DNA of 64,000 nt, taken from NCBI GenBank assembly GCA_044507735.1, contig JBIQJB010000001.1, positions 32,001 to 96,000 on the forward strand. The letters are read 5' to 3'. Under the pieces are notes generated by a model. That model was not told the DNA's origin. It worked only from the letters and a program-made list of their open reading frames with translations, and searched no databases. The DNA comes from Nitrosopumilales archaeon. GTDB lineage: Archaea > Thermoproteota > Nitrososphaeria > Nitrososphaerales > Nitrososphaeraceae. Of this stretch, positions 38,393 to 50,218 are shown piece after piece. The first letter of the stretch is position 1, and each line of letters begins with the position of its first letter. The position numbers were made by a program, and so were the translations under genes.

Positions 38393-38980
38393 CTTCATGA
38401 TCATAATAGAGAATGCCACAACGTTGAGGAAAGGAAAAAGCGAGCAACCATTGAATCCGTGGGGGTACAAGACTCTTCGCCTTGGGAATCCGCAACAGTT
38501 GCAAAATTTTACTCTGCCATATTGCCCAGTTCTGTTGACGAAAAGCTCCGCCGCAGTTGCGGAGCGGGGCGACTCAGAGCTGAAGGAGGTGCAGAAATGC
38601 GTCAGGTAGAACAACAAGGGGTGGACCAGAATCGTATGCACAAGCATGTGCCTGCCCGGAAGCTTGTCACGATTTAACGCTATGGAAGAATGCTCGAAGC
38701 AAGACAAACATAGTCTGATCTATTCAAGGTATTATCCAAGGATTGTTGATCTCAAATAGTCGGGCGTATCCGATATTGCAGGACGATGAGGTCTAACCTG
38801 AACATGGGGATCTGCCTGTTAAAGAGTAGATGGACCTTCCGCAAGTATTGTAGTCGGCACAATTGGTTATCAACACATTGAAACTTGGCATATTTTTCCT
38901 CACGAATCCGGAATGTTCAATCTACGAGCAAGAACGTTGGACCGAGATCACATTCGACTGATCCTAAAGATACTAGACTC

Positions 38981-39799
38981 CTATTGCATTCCCAGCTTGA
39001 CGTATAGCGGCCATACAACTCTTCTCTTTTCATTTACCATGTGTTTTCCGCCCCAAGCATCCTCAAGACTATCGATGATATCTCTGACCGGATCATACTT
39101 GTTTCTCTCCATGAATTTTTGGACGCTGGACCAGCTGTGAAAATAGTTAACAAGGTCCAGCATACTCCAGTTCAACTCAATCTGAAACTGCGGTGCTGAC
39201 ACCTGTTCAAATGGAAAGGGGATAGTCTCGTATCTGGCTTCAACATATTTTCTCTCTGGAGCCCAGTACTTGTCACCAAGAATATCTTCATACAGATGGA
39301 ACGAAACTTTGTCAATCTCTGGAGAAATCGAGTGAAGGCCATATGCCCATGCGGCTATAATGCCACCTCTTTCTGATTTCCCCTCCCTTTTCTTCAATAC
39401 CCTTTTTGCCTCGCTGTAAAACTGGTCAAAATCAAACCAGTGCAGAGCTTGAGCGACAGTAATCAAGTTTACACTATTATCTTCAAGAGGCGTATGTTCG
39501 GCAGGAAAAATGCGGTACATGACATTGCTTCTTTGTTGGGCATTTTGTATCTGCTTTGAGCTAATGTCGCTTGCAACAACCTGCTTAAAGTAGTCAGCTA
39601 GCGCGACCGCGGCCTGCCCGTTTCCCGTAGCGCAATCCCATGCTAGGTTCCTTTCATCAACCAAACTGACGATATGCTCGAATAACACACGAGGATACTT
39701 TGGCCTTGAAATGGCATACTCCTTTGACTGCTTTGAAAACAAGTCTTTCACGGATGGTTCTTGGGGATCCAACCTGTGCGAGTAATTGCTGGTTGACAC
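38981..39799 (-). CDS. class I SAM-dependent methyltransferase
   Basis: YAISRPKYP, WDCATGNGQ, ITVAQALHWF. Confidence 0.9.
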   Translation of the reverse strand: MSTSNYSHRLDPQEPSVKDLFSKQSKEYAISRPKYPRVLFEHIVSLVDERNLAWDCATGNGQAAVALADYFKQVVASDISSKQIQNAQQRSNVMYRIFPAEHTPLEDNSVNLITVAQALHWFDFDQFYSEAKRVLKKREGKSERGGIIAAWAYGLHSISPEIDKVSFHLYEDILGDKYWAPERKYVEARYETIPFPFEQVSAPQFQIELNWSMLDLVNYFHSWSSVQKFMERNKYDPVRDIIDSLEDAWGGKHMVNEKRRVVWPLYVKLGMQ

Positions 39800-40283
39800 T
39801 TAATGCTTGCTACACATTCTCGGTTATTTTTCATGCAAAAATGATGATGATGACAAGGTCGGCGCAAGAACATCGGGTCATGGTCTCTAGCGGATACCGC
39901 TTCGGAACTTCGACTCTATGATAGAATCGAACACACGGAAGGAATCATACCACGAACCGTGGCTCTATGATGATTTGATCGTGATGTCAAAGGTACCTAA
40001 TTCTGATGCCTTGAAACCCGTGAGCTGCAGGAAGGTGAGGGAGAATATCCTCTCACAGTATTATGGAACTGTATATGAGAACAAATATTTTGTGATACTC
40101 CAGTCCAGAGGCTAAGGCTCTGCCTGATCGATATTTGCATGTATAATTGCCTCGCTTACTAGATTGTTAACCAGATAGATGGGAGAGGCGATCTGCCCTA
40201 ACATGGCCCATGTGACTCCTGATAACCGCGGAGGTTCCAATACATCTTTCGCATATATAGTCTTGATATGGCATATATCGTGA

Positions 40284-41810
40284 ATGGCAGCGAAAGGGTC
40301 AAGGCTTAAACATCTTAAAAAATTTGGCCTGATACTTGGCCCTGCTCTGTTTCTTGCAATAATTGCGGTCACGCCGTCTGATGAGACGTTGTCTTTCGGC
40401 GCCGTGGTAGTTCTTGCAGCTACTCTCTGGATGGCTACGTGGTGGATAACTGAAGCAATCCCGATCTACGTGACTGCGTTATTGCCCCTGGCAATCTTTC
40501 CGTTGCTAGGAGTCACCGACATTCGCGAGACGTCGGCAAGCTATGCAGACCCAATCGTGTTCCTTTTCCTTGGAGGGTTCTTGGTAGCCAAGGCAATCGA
40601 GAATTCGGGCCTGCACAAGAGGTTTGCCTTGACAATGCTCCGAATATTTGGCACCAAGCCAAAATACATCGTTGCAGCGTTCATGATAGTAACCGGCTTT
40701 ATGAGCGCATGGATGAGCAACACTGCCATCACGCTCCTAATGCTGCCAATAGCGGTGGCAGTCATATCGCAGTTTTCCAATTCGCCGATTCTGGATAGCC
40801 GGAAAAAGGAGATGTTTGCAACTTGTCTCCTGCTATCTATTGCGTATTCAGCAAGCCTAGGAGGATTAGCCACGCTTATAGGAACACCGCCGAATGCGAT
40901 CTTTGCCTCACTAGCACAGTCCCTCTCGGATGTCGAAGTCTCTTTTACCCAGTGGATGTTCATGGCCATGCCAATTAGCGCTGTCTCTCTGTTTGTGGCC
41001 TGGTGGTACCTGACAAATTTCGGGGCAAAGGTAACCGACATACCTTCTTTGGCCGAGGAAAAAGATCAGATTGTGAGTGAGCTGGCAAAACTGGGAAGAA
41101 TGGCGAAAAACGAGAAAGCAGTAATGGCAGTGTTTGCTGCTACGGCCACCGCATGGATTACTAGGGGACTTATCTGGAAGGATGCGCTTCCGATGATCGA
41201 TGATTCTACCATAGCGATCGCCGCGGCCATATCTCTATTCATAATCAGAGTTCCGCATTCAAAGCACCCATTGGAATCAGAAATCGACACCAGCAATGAT
41301 TTCAACTTGACAGGAAACAATGCTGGTAGTGCGCTCCTAGATTGGAAGACTGCGGTTAAAATTCCGTGGGGCGTACTGATATTGATTGGCGGAGGTCTTG
41401 CACTTGCCAATGGATTTGCATCAACCCAACTGGACGACTGGATCGCGGGTCAGCTCGTGTTTCTTGGACAAACTCCCCACCTGATAATTATTATCCTCGC
41501 AATAGTCACAGTAACCATATTTTCTGGGGAAATTATCAGCAATACCGCGACCGCGGCGCTGTTCATCCCCATAACCGCTTCACTTGCCGTCTCGCTTGGG
41601 ATTACGCCAGTTCTCCTTATGGTTCCCGTTGCAGTTGCTGCAAGCTATAGTTTCATAATCCCAATAAGCACCCCACCAAATGCCATAGTGTTTTCCACCG
41701 GCCACGTCACGGCCGCCAAGATGGCGCGTGTAGGTCTTCCCATGGCCCTCATTGGGGTGGGACTTGTAACCCTATTTACAAGCATCCTCGTACCGCTGAT
41801 CTGGGGCTAG
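40284..41810 (+). CDS. DASS/SLC13 sodium:anion symporter
   Basis: WWITEAIP, SAWMSNTA, LIGTPPN, ISNTATA, STPPNAIVF. Confidence 0.93.
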   Translation: MAAKGSRLKHLKKFGLILGPALFLAIIAVTPSDETLSFGAVVVLAATLWMATWWITEAIPIYVTALLPLAIFPLLGVTDIRETSASYADPIVFLFLGGFLVAKAIENSGLHKRFALTMLRIFGTKPKYIVAAFMIVTGFMSAWMSNTAITLLMLPIAVAVISQFSNSPILDSRKKEMFATCLLLSIAYSASLGGLATLIGTPPNAIFASLAQSLSDVEVSFTQWMFMAMPISAVSLFVAWWYLTNFGAKVTDIPSLAEEKDQIVSELAKLGRMAKNEKAVMAVFAATATAWITRGLIWKDALPMIDDSTIAIAAAISLFIIRVPHSKHPLESEIDTSNDFNLTGNNAGSALLDWKTAVKIPWGVLILIGGGLALANGFASTQLDDWIAGQLVFLGQTPHLIIIILAIVTVTIFSGEIISNTATAALFIPITASLAVSLGITPVLLMVPVAVAASYSFIIPISTPPNAIVFSTGHVTAAKMARVGLPMALIGVGLVTLFTSILVPLIWG

Positions 41811-41931
41811 ACCCGATGGCACTTGTATGAACGAAATCTTTTCGCATCAACACAATTTTGCAATGGCGATAACACCTTCCTGTAGATACCCTAATCCACT
41901 TGTCACAACTTTTCAGGATCAGGCAGAGTAC

Positions 41932-42534
41932 CTAGATTACAACGCTGCCTGCGTAAAGAATCGCAAAAATACCTGCAGTATGGAGCAAGTAAGCTAAGAT
42001 CAGAAATCTTCTTGTACTCAGGCTTTTCACCGACGCCAACAGAGTAATGCCAATCTCAGATGGAAGCGGCGTGGCGATGAGAATACCTCCTGCGGCAATC
42101 AACAAATATTTTTTCAGGTTATTCTTAGACTTGTTGTCGTCTTGCCGGAAAATGACAGATCTTGACCTGAGCTTTTCCATCTCGTCAGCGAATGTATTCT
42201 TGACAAAGAGGTAGATTATCAAATCACTCAACAATGCGCCTAGCCCTCCAATCAACCCTGCCAAGAAAATGTTCTGTTCTGTCCCAAGTAGCAGCAACAT
42301 TGCAGTAGCAGGCGCTGAAGTAAATCCATATGCGTAAAGCATGCCCGCAATAAAGGTGCCAGGGTATCCAAGGGAAATCAGAAATTCATTAAGCGGCGGA
42401 TATGTCCTAGCCTCGCCAAAAAAGATCACAGCGATGATGAAGGTCGAGACCAGGAGCAGTAGTTTAGGGTACTTTATTCTCGACCTGATTCGCTCCAGGC
42501 TCATGGACTCCGTAGAGGTTATGTCTCCCACCAT
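41932..42534 (-). CDS. hypothetical membrane protein (possibly VTT/DedA-like)
   Basis: Multiple TM segments; GGLGALLSDLIIY, TPLPSE. Confidence 0.6.
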   Translation of the reverse strand: MVGDITSTESMSLERIRSRIKYPKLLLLVSTFIIAVIFFGEARTYPPLNEFLISLGYPGTFIAGMLYAYGFTSAPATAMLLLLGTEQNIFLAGLIGGLGALLSDLIIYLFVKNTFADEMEKLRSRSVIFRQDDNKSKNNLKKYLLIAAGGILIATPLPSEIGITLLASVKSLSTRRFLILAYLLHTAGIFAILYAGSVVI

Positions 42535-42943
42535 ATAGGTTTACATAGACAGCTGGCAAAGTTACCTTGGAGGCGATAACCTCTGCGGTATGCTGAGACT
42601 ACTTGGCGCGATTGCCAACTTGCACTCAAACCGTCCACTGATAAATTTTTGTCACGGGCGTAGTACGCATACTGTGTAATGCTTCCTAGATGATTGCTTT
42701 CTGTCTGAAAAATGCCGTAACACCAACGTTGCCTATTATTACTATCTTCTTCGGCTTCCAAGATTTGTGGATTGATTCTAGAGAAAATATGCACGCAAGA
42801 CAAAATACGGCATATACGTGTATGCATGATCTAACCAAATCAGTTCAAGTATGAAATGAATCTGACGAGAAGATTCACAGCCAGATGAATAAAATATAAA
42901 TATTATTTACACACCTCTTGTTACTAACATAGGTGAACAATCT

Positions 42944-44599
42944 ATGTCAGCGCAACAAGTTCCAATTGTTCTTCTGAAAGAGGGTACCACTGAAACAAAA
43001 GGCAACCAAGCTCAGAGAAACAACATCACAGCAGCAAAGGCAATCGCTGAAATAGTCAGGACATCGCTGGGACCAAGAGGGATGGACAAGATGCTCGTTG
43101 ACACTCTTGGCGACGTTACCATAACAAACGACGGCGCCACCATTTTGAAAGAGATCGACGTGCAGCATCCAGCCGCAAAGATGATGGTGGAGATAAGCAA
43201 GGCTACCGACAATGAAGTTGGTGATGGCACCACTTCTACTGTAGTGCTTGCCGGCTCGCTGCTTGAAAAGGCGGAGGAGCTGATAACAAAGAACGTCCAC
43301 CCGACCATAGTTGTGGATGGATTCAAGAGGGCGTCTGAGAAGGCAATCGAGACGTTGCGCGAAATCGCCACCAAAGTCGACCCGACAGACAAGACGTTTC
43401 TGACCAAGATCGCAAGGACATCCATGGCATCAAAGATGGTCGCAGCGGATTCCAAAGAACTGTCTGATATGGTAGTCGATGCGGTCCTGGCTGTCGCGGA
43501 GAAATCAGGTGACAAATACAGGGTAGACATTGATGACATAAAAGTGGAGAAGAAGGCTGGCGGAAGCATAAGTGACACCAAGTTCATCCACGGAGTCGTC
43601 CTTGACAAGGAAGTCGTGCACGGCGGCATGCCAAAAAGGATTGAAAATGCCAAGATCGCTGTCGTCAACAGCCCACTTGAGATCGAAAAGACAGAAATGA
43701 GCGCAGAGATCAGGATTTCAGACCCTCACCAAATGCAACAATTCCTGGACGAAGAAAATCGCATGTTGAAAGAAATGGTTGATAAAATTGTAGCAGCAGG
43801 CGCAAACGTCCTCCTATGCCAGAAGGGAATAGACGACATTGCGCAGCACTACCTTGCCAAGGCCGGCATCCTTGCTGTACGCAGGATAAAGGAGAGCGAC
43901 ATGTACAAGCTATCAAGGGCAACCGGCGCCAGGATTGTCAACAACCTTGACGAGCTCTCCGCAAGCGACCTTGGCTTTGCCAAGCTTGTAGAGGAGCGCA
44001 AGGTGGAAACTGACAAGTGGGTCTTTGTTGAGGAATGCAAGAACCCCAAGTCCGTCTCTATCTTGGTAAGAGGAGGCTCTCAGAGGGTTGTCGACGAGGC
44101 TGAAAGGTCGGTACATGACGCAATCATGGCAGTCAAGGACGTGGTTGAATACCCGCACATCCTGGTGGGTGGTGGAGCTCCGGAAGCTCTGGCATCGCTC
44201 AAGCTGAGAGAGTGGGCTGCCACATTGTCTGGAAGAGAGCAGCTGGCTGCCGAAAAGTTCGCAGACGGCATCGAGACCATCCCAATAGTCCTTGCAGAGA
44301 ACGCAGGCATGGACCCGCTTGACACTCAGGTGCAGCTTCGCTCAAAGAGCAGCAGCACCGGGGGAAAGGCCCGATATGGCATAGACGTCATAAACGGCAA
44401 GGTGGCTGACCTGGCCGCAAAGGACATCTATGAGCCCCTTGCCGTCAAGGAGCAGGTCATAAATGCTGCGACTGAGGCAGCATGCATGATCCTGAGAATT
44501 GACGATGTCATTGCCGCATCAAAGCCCAAGGACATGCCCAAGCCCGGTGGTGGCAGTGCCGGCGGCATGGGCGGCGGCATGGGCGACATGGACATGTAA
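42944..44599 (+). CDS. thermosome (group II chaperonin) subunit
   Basis: SLGPRGMDKML, TNDGATIL, EVGDGTT, ILRIDD, GGM tail. Confidence 0.97.
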   Translation: MSAQQVPIVLLKEGTTETKGNQAQRNNITAAKAIAEIVRTSLGPRGMDKMLVDTLGDVTITNDGATILKEIDVQHPAAKMMVEISKATDNEVGDGTTSTVVLAGSLLEKAEELITKNVHPTIVVDGFKRASEKAIETLREIATKVDPTDKTFLTKIARTSMASKMVAADSKELSDMVVDAVLAVAEKSGDKYRVDIDDIKVEKKAGGSISDTKFIHGVVLDKEVVHGGMPKRIENAKIAVVNSPLEIEKTEMSAEIRISDPHQMQQFLDEENRMLKEMVDKIVAAGANVLLCQKGIDDIAQHYLAKAGILAVRRIKESDMYKLSRATGARIVNNLDELSASDLGFAKLVEERKVETDKWVFVEECKNPKSVSILVRGGSQRVVDEAERSVHDAIMAVKDVVEYPHILVGGGAPEALASLKLREWAATLSGREQLAAEKFADGIETIPIVLAENAGMDPLDTQVQLRSKSSSTGGKARYGIDVINGKVADLAAKDIYEPLAVKEQVINAATEAACMILRIDDVIAASKPKDMPKPGGGSAGGMGGGMGDMDM

Positions 44600-45294
44600 C
44601 AACAACAACAAGAAAAAGGATGTCCACCAATTTCTTTTTATTTTAATGGTGGATGGTGGCATAATTGTAGTACTTTGCTAGATGGATGGCAATTTGAACT
44701 GCACATATCAATGACGATTTTTCCAGTCAGTTCCTTGGTAGAGTAGCTCGACGGTCTGCCCCTGTGTGGACCATTACTTGATTGAATCACTTCCTGTTAG
44801 AGCACCCAAACTTCTCTTAATCTTGCACCATAACTGGTTCAGGCTTAGCGTAATCAGTGCCTTGCATACGGACTGTTGAAAAGACCAGACCAAGACCTCG
44901 TTAAGCCAATCTTGATTCTATCAGCACCAAACATGCTGCTTGTCGGGGGCAGACCAAAAAACAACTTGTTCTATCAACAGTGTGACCTCTTCTGCTTCCT
45001 GCACCCTGCGGTCTTTTTGACACGTTCTTCAACTCATGAATACCGTGTACCTAGTAGACGTTCTTATAGTATATTGTCTCTTCCTCTCTTTCTCTGATGA
45101 CGCTTTCGTGTTGGAATTATCGCCTCAGTCGGTACTCGAACCTATCAACTATGTGTGCAAATGTGACAGCTATCATACAGCGACAGGATTCCGCTGCATC
45201 TGAATGTGCCCAATATTGATTAAAGGATACTCACATCATGTGAGTAAGACATAAATACCAAGGGCTTGCTTTTACTATCAAGAGGAATAAAATC

Positions 45295-45834
45295 ATGTGG
45301 AGAGATTGGGATTTCGGTTTCAGAACAAGATGGCTACTCGAAAATTTTGACAGGGAATTTGAAGAGGCAGAAGAAATGTTGAACAGTATGTTCAGGACTG
45401 TTAATGACGCTAACCCTGCAAATGTGGTTGTTAACAGTCCCTACTACTATGGTTACCAGATAACCGTAGGTCTTGATGGCAAACCTCGTGTAAGGAAATT
45501 TGGAAACATTACGCCAATAACTGCGGAACTAGTTGAACAGAGCGAAGCCAGAGAACCTCTAGTCGACACAGTGATTGACAGCAACGACAATACTCTGATC
45601 ATCACGGCAGAGATGCCCGGGGTCACAAAACAAGACATCAAGGTCAAGATCTCGCAAGAACATGTGTCTATACACGCAGAAAAGGATGACAAGAAATATC
45701 ATACCGACATTCCCGTGGATCTAGAACTGGACGAGAAATCGGCTAGGGCAACTTTCACAAATGGCATCTTGCAGCTCAAAATCAAGCTGAAGGCGCCAGC
45801 AAAGCCAAAGCAAACCGAGATACGGGTTGAATGA
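45295..45834 (+). CDS. hsp20: archaeal small heat shock protein Hsp20
   Basis: YYYGYQITVG.DGKP.V..FGN, REPLVD, AEMPGV, FTNGIL. Confidence 0.92.
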   Translation: MWRDWDFGFRTRWLLENFDREFEEAEEMLNSMFRTVNDANPANVVVNSPYYYGYQITVGLDGKPRVRKFGNITPITAELVEQSEAREPLVDTVIDSNDNTLIITAEMPGVTKQDIKVKISQEHVSIHAEKDDKKYHTDIPVDLELDEKSARATFTNGILQLKIKLKAPAKPKQTEIRVE

Positions 45835-45886
45835 AAGATGCAGCGATTAAAGCTCTTAAATTTCTTATTGAGGTGAGAAAATCAAA

Positions 45887-48085
45887 ATGAAAAATCCCAG
45901 CAGCAGTGATAACAATAGCGATAAGATTACACTAAAAGTCGCCGAGACTAACCCAAAGCTAGTTGGAAGGGGGATGGCGTTGATAGACCCGAAAGTCATG
46001 GAGGAGATGGGCCTTTCAACAGGGGATGTCATCGAGGTCTCTGGAAAGAAGAAGAGCTATGTGTTACTCTGGTCTAGCCAGAGCGATGACTATGGCAAGG
46101 GTGTTATCCGGATAGACGGCTACACCAGAAATAACATTGGCATTGGCATTGATGACAGCGTCACCATCAGAAAAGTGACTGTAAGGAAGGCAGAGCAGGT
46201 GATCCTAGCCCCCACTGAAGAGCTCAATATAGTTGGCCTAGAAGAATACTTGCCTGAACTGCTTGAAGGACGAGTCGTTGCACGAGGTGATGTCGTGCCT
46301 CTGAACATTATGGGAAGGAGGATCGGTTTTGCCGTTACAAGCACAACTCCGTCAGATGGAGCATCGCTTATCGATAGCAGCACAGAATTTGTCATAGGAT
46401 CAGTACCCAAAGCAGCAAAAGGGGTTACTCGCATATCATACGAGGACATTGGAGGCCTGAGAAATGAGGTGCAGAAAGTGCGGGAAATGATAGAATTGCC
46501 ATTGCGCCATCCAGAAATCTTTGAGCGCATCGGAATTGAAGCACCAAAGGGTGTGCTTTTGCACGGTCCACCTGGAACGGGAAAGACTCTACTGGCAAAG
46601 GCCGTAGCGAACGAGACCAATGCAAACTTTTTCTCCATTGGCGGACCCGAAATAATGAGCAAGTTTTACGGCGAAAGCGAGGAACGGTTAAGACAGATCT
46701 TCAAGGAAGCCGAGGAGAACGCACCATCGATCATATTCATTGATGAAATAGACTCTATTGCTCCAAAGCGCGAAGAAGTGTCCGGCGATGTCGAAAAAAG
46801 AGTGGTATCGCAGCTGTTGACTCTTATGGATGGGATAACGTCAAGGGGCAGGCTAGTAGTAATTGGGGCCACAAACAGACCTAACGCTATTGACCCCGCC
46901 CTACGCAGACCTGGAAGGTTTGACAGGGAAATTGAAATTGGAATTCCTGATGAGCATGGACGGCTCGAAATTCTACAGATACATACCAGAGGAATGCCTC
47001 TGACAGACGATGTCGACCTTGCTGCAATAGCCAGAGTAACACACGGTTTTGTCGGGGCAGATCTGGAAGCCTTGAGCAAAGAGGCAGCCATGCGTTCTCT
47101 TAGAAGGATACTGCCTGAGATCAATCTTGAGGAGCCAAAAATTCCTGTCGAAATATTGAACAAGATCAAGGTCACAAGACAGGACTTTGAAGAAGCATTG
47201 AGGGATGTGCAGCCATCTGCCATGAGGGAAGTCTCGGTTCAGAGGCCTAACATAAAGTGGGAGGACATCGGTGGTCTGGAGCAGGTAAAAGAAGAACTGA
47301 TAGAGGCAATCGAGTGGCCTCTGAAACATGCTGATCTGTTTACCGAGGCAGACGTAAGGCCTCCAAAGGGGATCTTGCTCTACGGTCCTCCTGGGACGGG
47401 CAAAACGATGATCGCCAAAGCAGTTGCAACAACATCTGAAGCCAATTTCATCAGCATAAAGGGTCCTGAACTGCTAAGTAAATGGGTTGGCGAATCGGAG
47501 AAAGGAGTAAGAGAAGTTTTCAGAAAGGCAAGACAGGCGGCTCCTTGCGTGGTATTCTTTGACGAGCTCGATGCCATTGCTCCCCGAAGAGGCTCGGAAG
47601 CTGACGCGCATGTGACAGAACGTGTGATCAGTCAGATGCTGACCGAGATGGATGGATTGGAGGACTTGAAGGGTGTGGTGGTTATTGGCGCTACAAACAG
47701 GCCAGACATCATCGACGAAGCACTGCTTAGGCCCGGCAGGTTTGACAGGATACTCGAAGTTCCAATTCCGGACAAAGAGGCGAGGAGGCAAATATTTCAA
47801 GTTCATACAAGGAGAAAGCCGCTTGATTCTGACGTCAATCTTGACAAGCTGGTGGAAATGACAGATGGGATGACAGGTGCAGACATCGCCGCCATGGTAA
47901 ATGCCGCTGCAATGACTGCCATCAAAGAGCATGTCACTAAAAGCAAGAAGGACAGCACTGAAAAACTACGTATTTCTATGAAGCACTTTGAATCTGCACT
48001 TGACAAAGTCAAGGTGGGAAGTTCAAGGGGTAGGCCGGCGACGGGTTGGCAGCAAAAATTCCAAGGGAGCAGATCGCTGGCATGA
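45887..48085 (+). CDS. cdc48: CDC48 family AAA+ ATPase
   Basis: Two GPPGTGKT Walker A motifs; DEID/DELD Walker B; [11 protein letters not shown]. Confidence 0.97.
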   Translation: MKNPSSSDNNSDKITLKVAETNPKLVGRGMALIDPKVMEEMGLSTGDVIEVSGKKKSYVLLWSSQSDDYGKGVIRIDGYTRNNIGIGIDDSVTIRKVTVRKAEQVILAPTEELNIVGLEEYLPELLEGRVVARGDVVPLNIMGRRIGFAVTSTTPSDGASLIDSSTEFVIGSVPKAAKGVTRISYEDIGGLRNEVQKVREMIELPLRHPEIFERIGIEAPKGVLLHGPPGTGKTLLAKAVANETNANFFSIGGPEIMSKFYGESEERLRQIFKEAEENAPSIIFIDEIDSIAPKREEVSGDVEKRVVSQLLTLMDGITSRGRLVVIGATNRPNAIDPALRRPGRFDREIEIGIPDEHGRLEILQIHTRGMPLTDDVDLAAIARVTHGFVGADLEALSKEAAMRSLRRILPEINLEEPKIPVEILNKIKVTRQDFEEALRDVQPSAMREVSVQRPNIKWEDIGGLEQVKEELIEAIEWPLKHADLFTEADVRPPKGILLYGPPGTGKTMIAKAVATTSEANFISIKGPELLSKWVGESEKGVREVFRKARQAAPCVVFFDELDAIAPRRGSEADAHVTERVISQMLTEMDGLEDLKGVVVIGATNRPDIIDEALLRPGRFDRILEVPIPDKEARRQIFQVHTRRKPLDSDVNLDKLVEMTDGMTGADIAAMVNAAAMTAIKEHVTKSKKDSTEKLRISMKHFESALDKVKVGSSRGRPATGWQQKFQGSRSLA

Positions 48086-48277
48086 GAGTGACGATATCCT
48101 CATGCTGTCCTTCTCTAACTCCTTCTTATTGCTTTTCGATTCAAAGAGTATGAATTAGCTTGTGGCAAGTAGAAGCTGTAGATGTATGAAAAGGATGATT
48201 GACCTTCGCAGTAACCACAAGAGATATTGACGAAACACTTGAATTGGAAAACTGAGTAAATTGGTCTGCGTACTGTT

Positions 48278-49222
48278 CTGAGTGGCAGTCGTCGTATTGC
48301 ACGCCCGCTTCTCCTGATAATTCTTGCAGCTGCAGTAGCAATATCCACAGGATTTAACATCATTCAGTTCCAAATCTCAAGATCTGCTCAGGACAGGATT
48401 TCTGATCTCCAAAATGAAAACAGTCAGCTTAGGGAACAGCTCTCGGATTCAAGAAACGTTTCTGATAGCCCTTCTCCCGGTTCTGGAGTGCAGAACAATG
48501 CCGGTGGTGACATTGGTGGCCAGCAAGAGCCGCCACTATCGTTTTCCGATCCAGCTGGTTCAGGTGCCGGGTCGATAACTGCAGTTGCTGTCAAGACCGT
48601 GGCTATTGGCGACGGATTCTTCCAAACAATGCGCTATGAAGGTGCTGTCATGGATATTGTAGTTGAAATAATAGAGAATGGGCAAGGGAGAGTTCTTGTC
48701 AATACACAAGTTCCAACAGGAGTAGACTTTCAGTCGTCAGCAAAGACTGCAGTTCAGGTTGCGCAGGATATCACTGGCGTAAAGCTTTCATCAAGAGACG
48801 TCATTTTTTCAATTACCGCAAAGGGCGATGCCGAGGATCTGCTGGCCGTGGATGGAGGTAGTGCCGGTGCCGCCATGACTATTCTGCTAATATCGGAGCT
48901 GCAGGGCAATTCCAACCTGAATCCCAAGGTGCTCATCACAGGCACCATTAACCCTGATGGGACAATAGGGCCTGTGGGAGGCATATATGAAAAGGCACAG
49001 GCCGCAGGCAACTATGGCGCAGAGCTCTTTTTGGTTCCAAAGGGTCAGGCAACATATCTGTCCGAATCGTGCGAAGAAAGCAGGCAGGGACCTGTAATCT
49101 ATAGGACATGCAGGTCGGAGCCAAGACCACTTTCCGAGCTTACCGAAGAGAAATTTGGGATGGAAGTAGCTGAAGTGAGTACCGTACGCGAGGCATTGGA
49201 TCGCTTCGCGACAGTGCAGTAA
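48278..49222 (+). CDS. membrane-anchored S16 (Lon-like) serine protease
   Basis: VDGGSAG (Ser), TGTINPDGTIGPVGGIYEK (Lys); frame open 70 codons upstream of 48488 and encodes a TM and coiled coil; probable CTG start. Confidence 0.8.
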   Translation: MSGSRRIARPLLLIILAAAVAISTGFNIIQFQISRSAQDRISDLQNENSQLREQLSDSRNVSDSPSPGSGVQNNAGGDIGGQQEPPLSFSDPAGSGAGSITAVAVKTVAIGDGFFQTMRYEGAVMDIVVEIIENGQGRVLVNTQVPTGVDFQSSAKTAVQVAQDITGVKLSSRDVIFSITAKGDAEDLLAVDGGSAGAAMTILLISELQGNSNLNPKVLITGTINPDGTIGPVGGIYEKAQAAGNYGAELFLVPKGQATYLSESCEESRQGPVIYRTCRSEPRPLSELTEEKFGMEVAEVSTVREALDRFATVQ

Positions 49223-49437
49223 CAAAAGAAAGATGCTTGGGTTCTGCAAGAGGATTTTTCTTGTTAAAAGCGGTTATAACGCACAGAGGGAAAGTGATGC
49301 GAAAAAAATGATGTCATAGCGTGCCACTCTTCAATACGAACAACAACCACAACCTCTATCGCAGAAATTGCTTTCGATACGATTGAACTAGCCCATTTTG
49401 AATGTCTTGTTCCGGTGTTACGGGTTGGTGGATAATG

Positions 49438-49854
49438 CTATCTGTAGTGTGGCCAAGGGTAGCGGGATTTTGGGCTTGGCTCGAGTGAAAATATCTCTTT
49501 GACTGTGAGAACCCAGACCTTTTTCGGCTTTGTTTGGATGCCAAATTCCCTGAGCTTTGTTTCCGTCTCAGATATCAATTTCTGGTCGGTAATGCTTTCT
49601 GCGCTCCCCTTGAGCTGGTATCCGCCCTGTGTGTCTCTGTCAAATATTGCGACGGTGACTCGAGGCCAGGCGTTGATATTATGAAAGGTTTTGTTTTCAA
49701 AAGCGTCTGCAAAGAGCAGTTTTTCATTCTGCAGTATTCCTAGGACGTAACGGGGAGAAATGTTTGGAACACCATCGGCGCTGACGCTTCCCACGAGGAC
49801 GACATGGTTCTGCTTTATAATCAGACGGATGATGTCCTCATCGATTTGTACCAA
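49438..49854 (-). CDS. pyridoxamine 5'-phosphate oxidase-like FMN-binding protein
   Basis: SVSADGVPNISPR, KTFHNI, GYQLKG. Confidence 0.85.
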   Translation of the reverse strand: MVQIDEDIIRLIIKQNHVVLVGSVSADGVPNISPRYVLGILQNEKLLFADAFENKTFHNINAWPRVTVAIFDRDTQGGYQLKGSAESITDQKLISETETKLREFGIQTKPKKVWVLTVKEIFSLEPSPKSRYPWPHYR

Positions 49855-50218
49855 CAGGTATCAAGGTCTTGTATATGGCGGAACGGGTTAAAAATCTTCT
49901 ATCATTTATTTATGCACATGGTGGTCTTGTATTACTTCAGTTTCATTCTGAGATATCCTGGAGAATCTGCTGATTGAGCGATGATCAGTCAGTCCACCTC
50001 TAACGGCGAGCCGGAGCATACATGTTTGAAAGGTACGTCCAATCTCTCTGATGCCGGCGCGAGAGATCTAGTACCGTGATTTATCCACAGATACGAGGCT
50101 TTATTTCCGACATCTCAACTCTGATGGGTAAGAAAGTTCGAAGCAGCATTTTCGGAGATATTTGGAAGGGGAAGCTGCATTTTTTGATAGTGATGTGCAA
50201 CTCTGACACGAATGTCGT

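Noticed and set aside
38298-38707. Several overlapping ORFs across attR
   Set aside because: No recognisable motifs, mutually overlapping, and they span the att site.
44597-44611. (CAA)n microsatellite and short poly-Q/N tracts in several genes
   Set aside because: Triplet, in-frame or intergenic low-complexity sequence; no switching effect evident.
44640-45200. Possible pseudogene between the thermosome and hsp20 genes
   Set aside because: Only fragmentary frames; insufficient evidence for a call.
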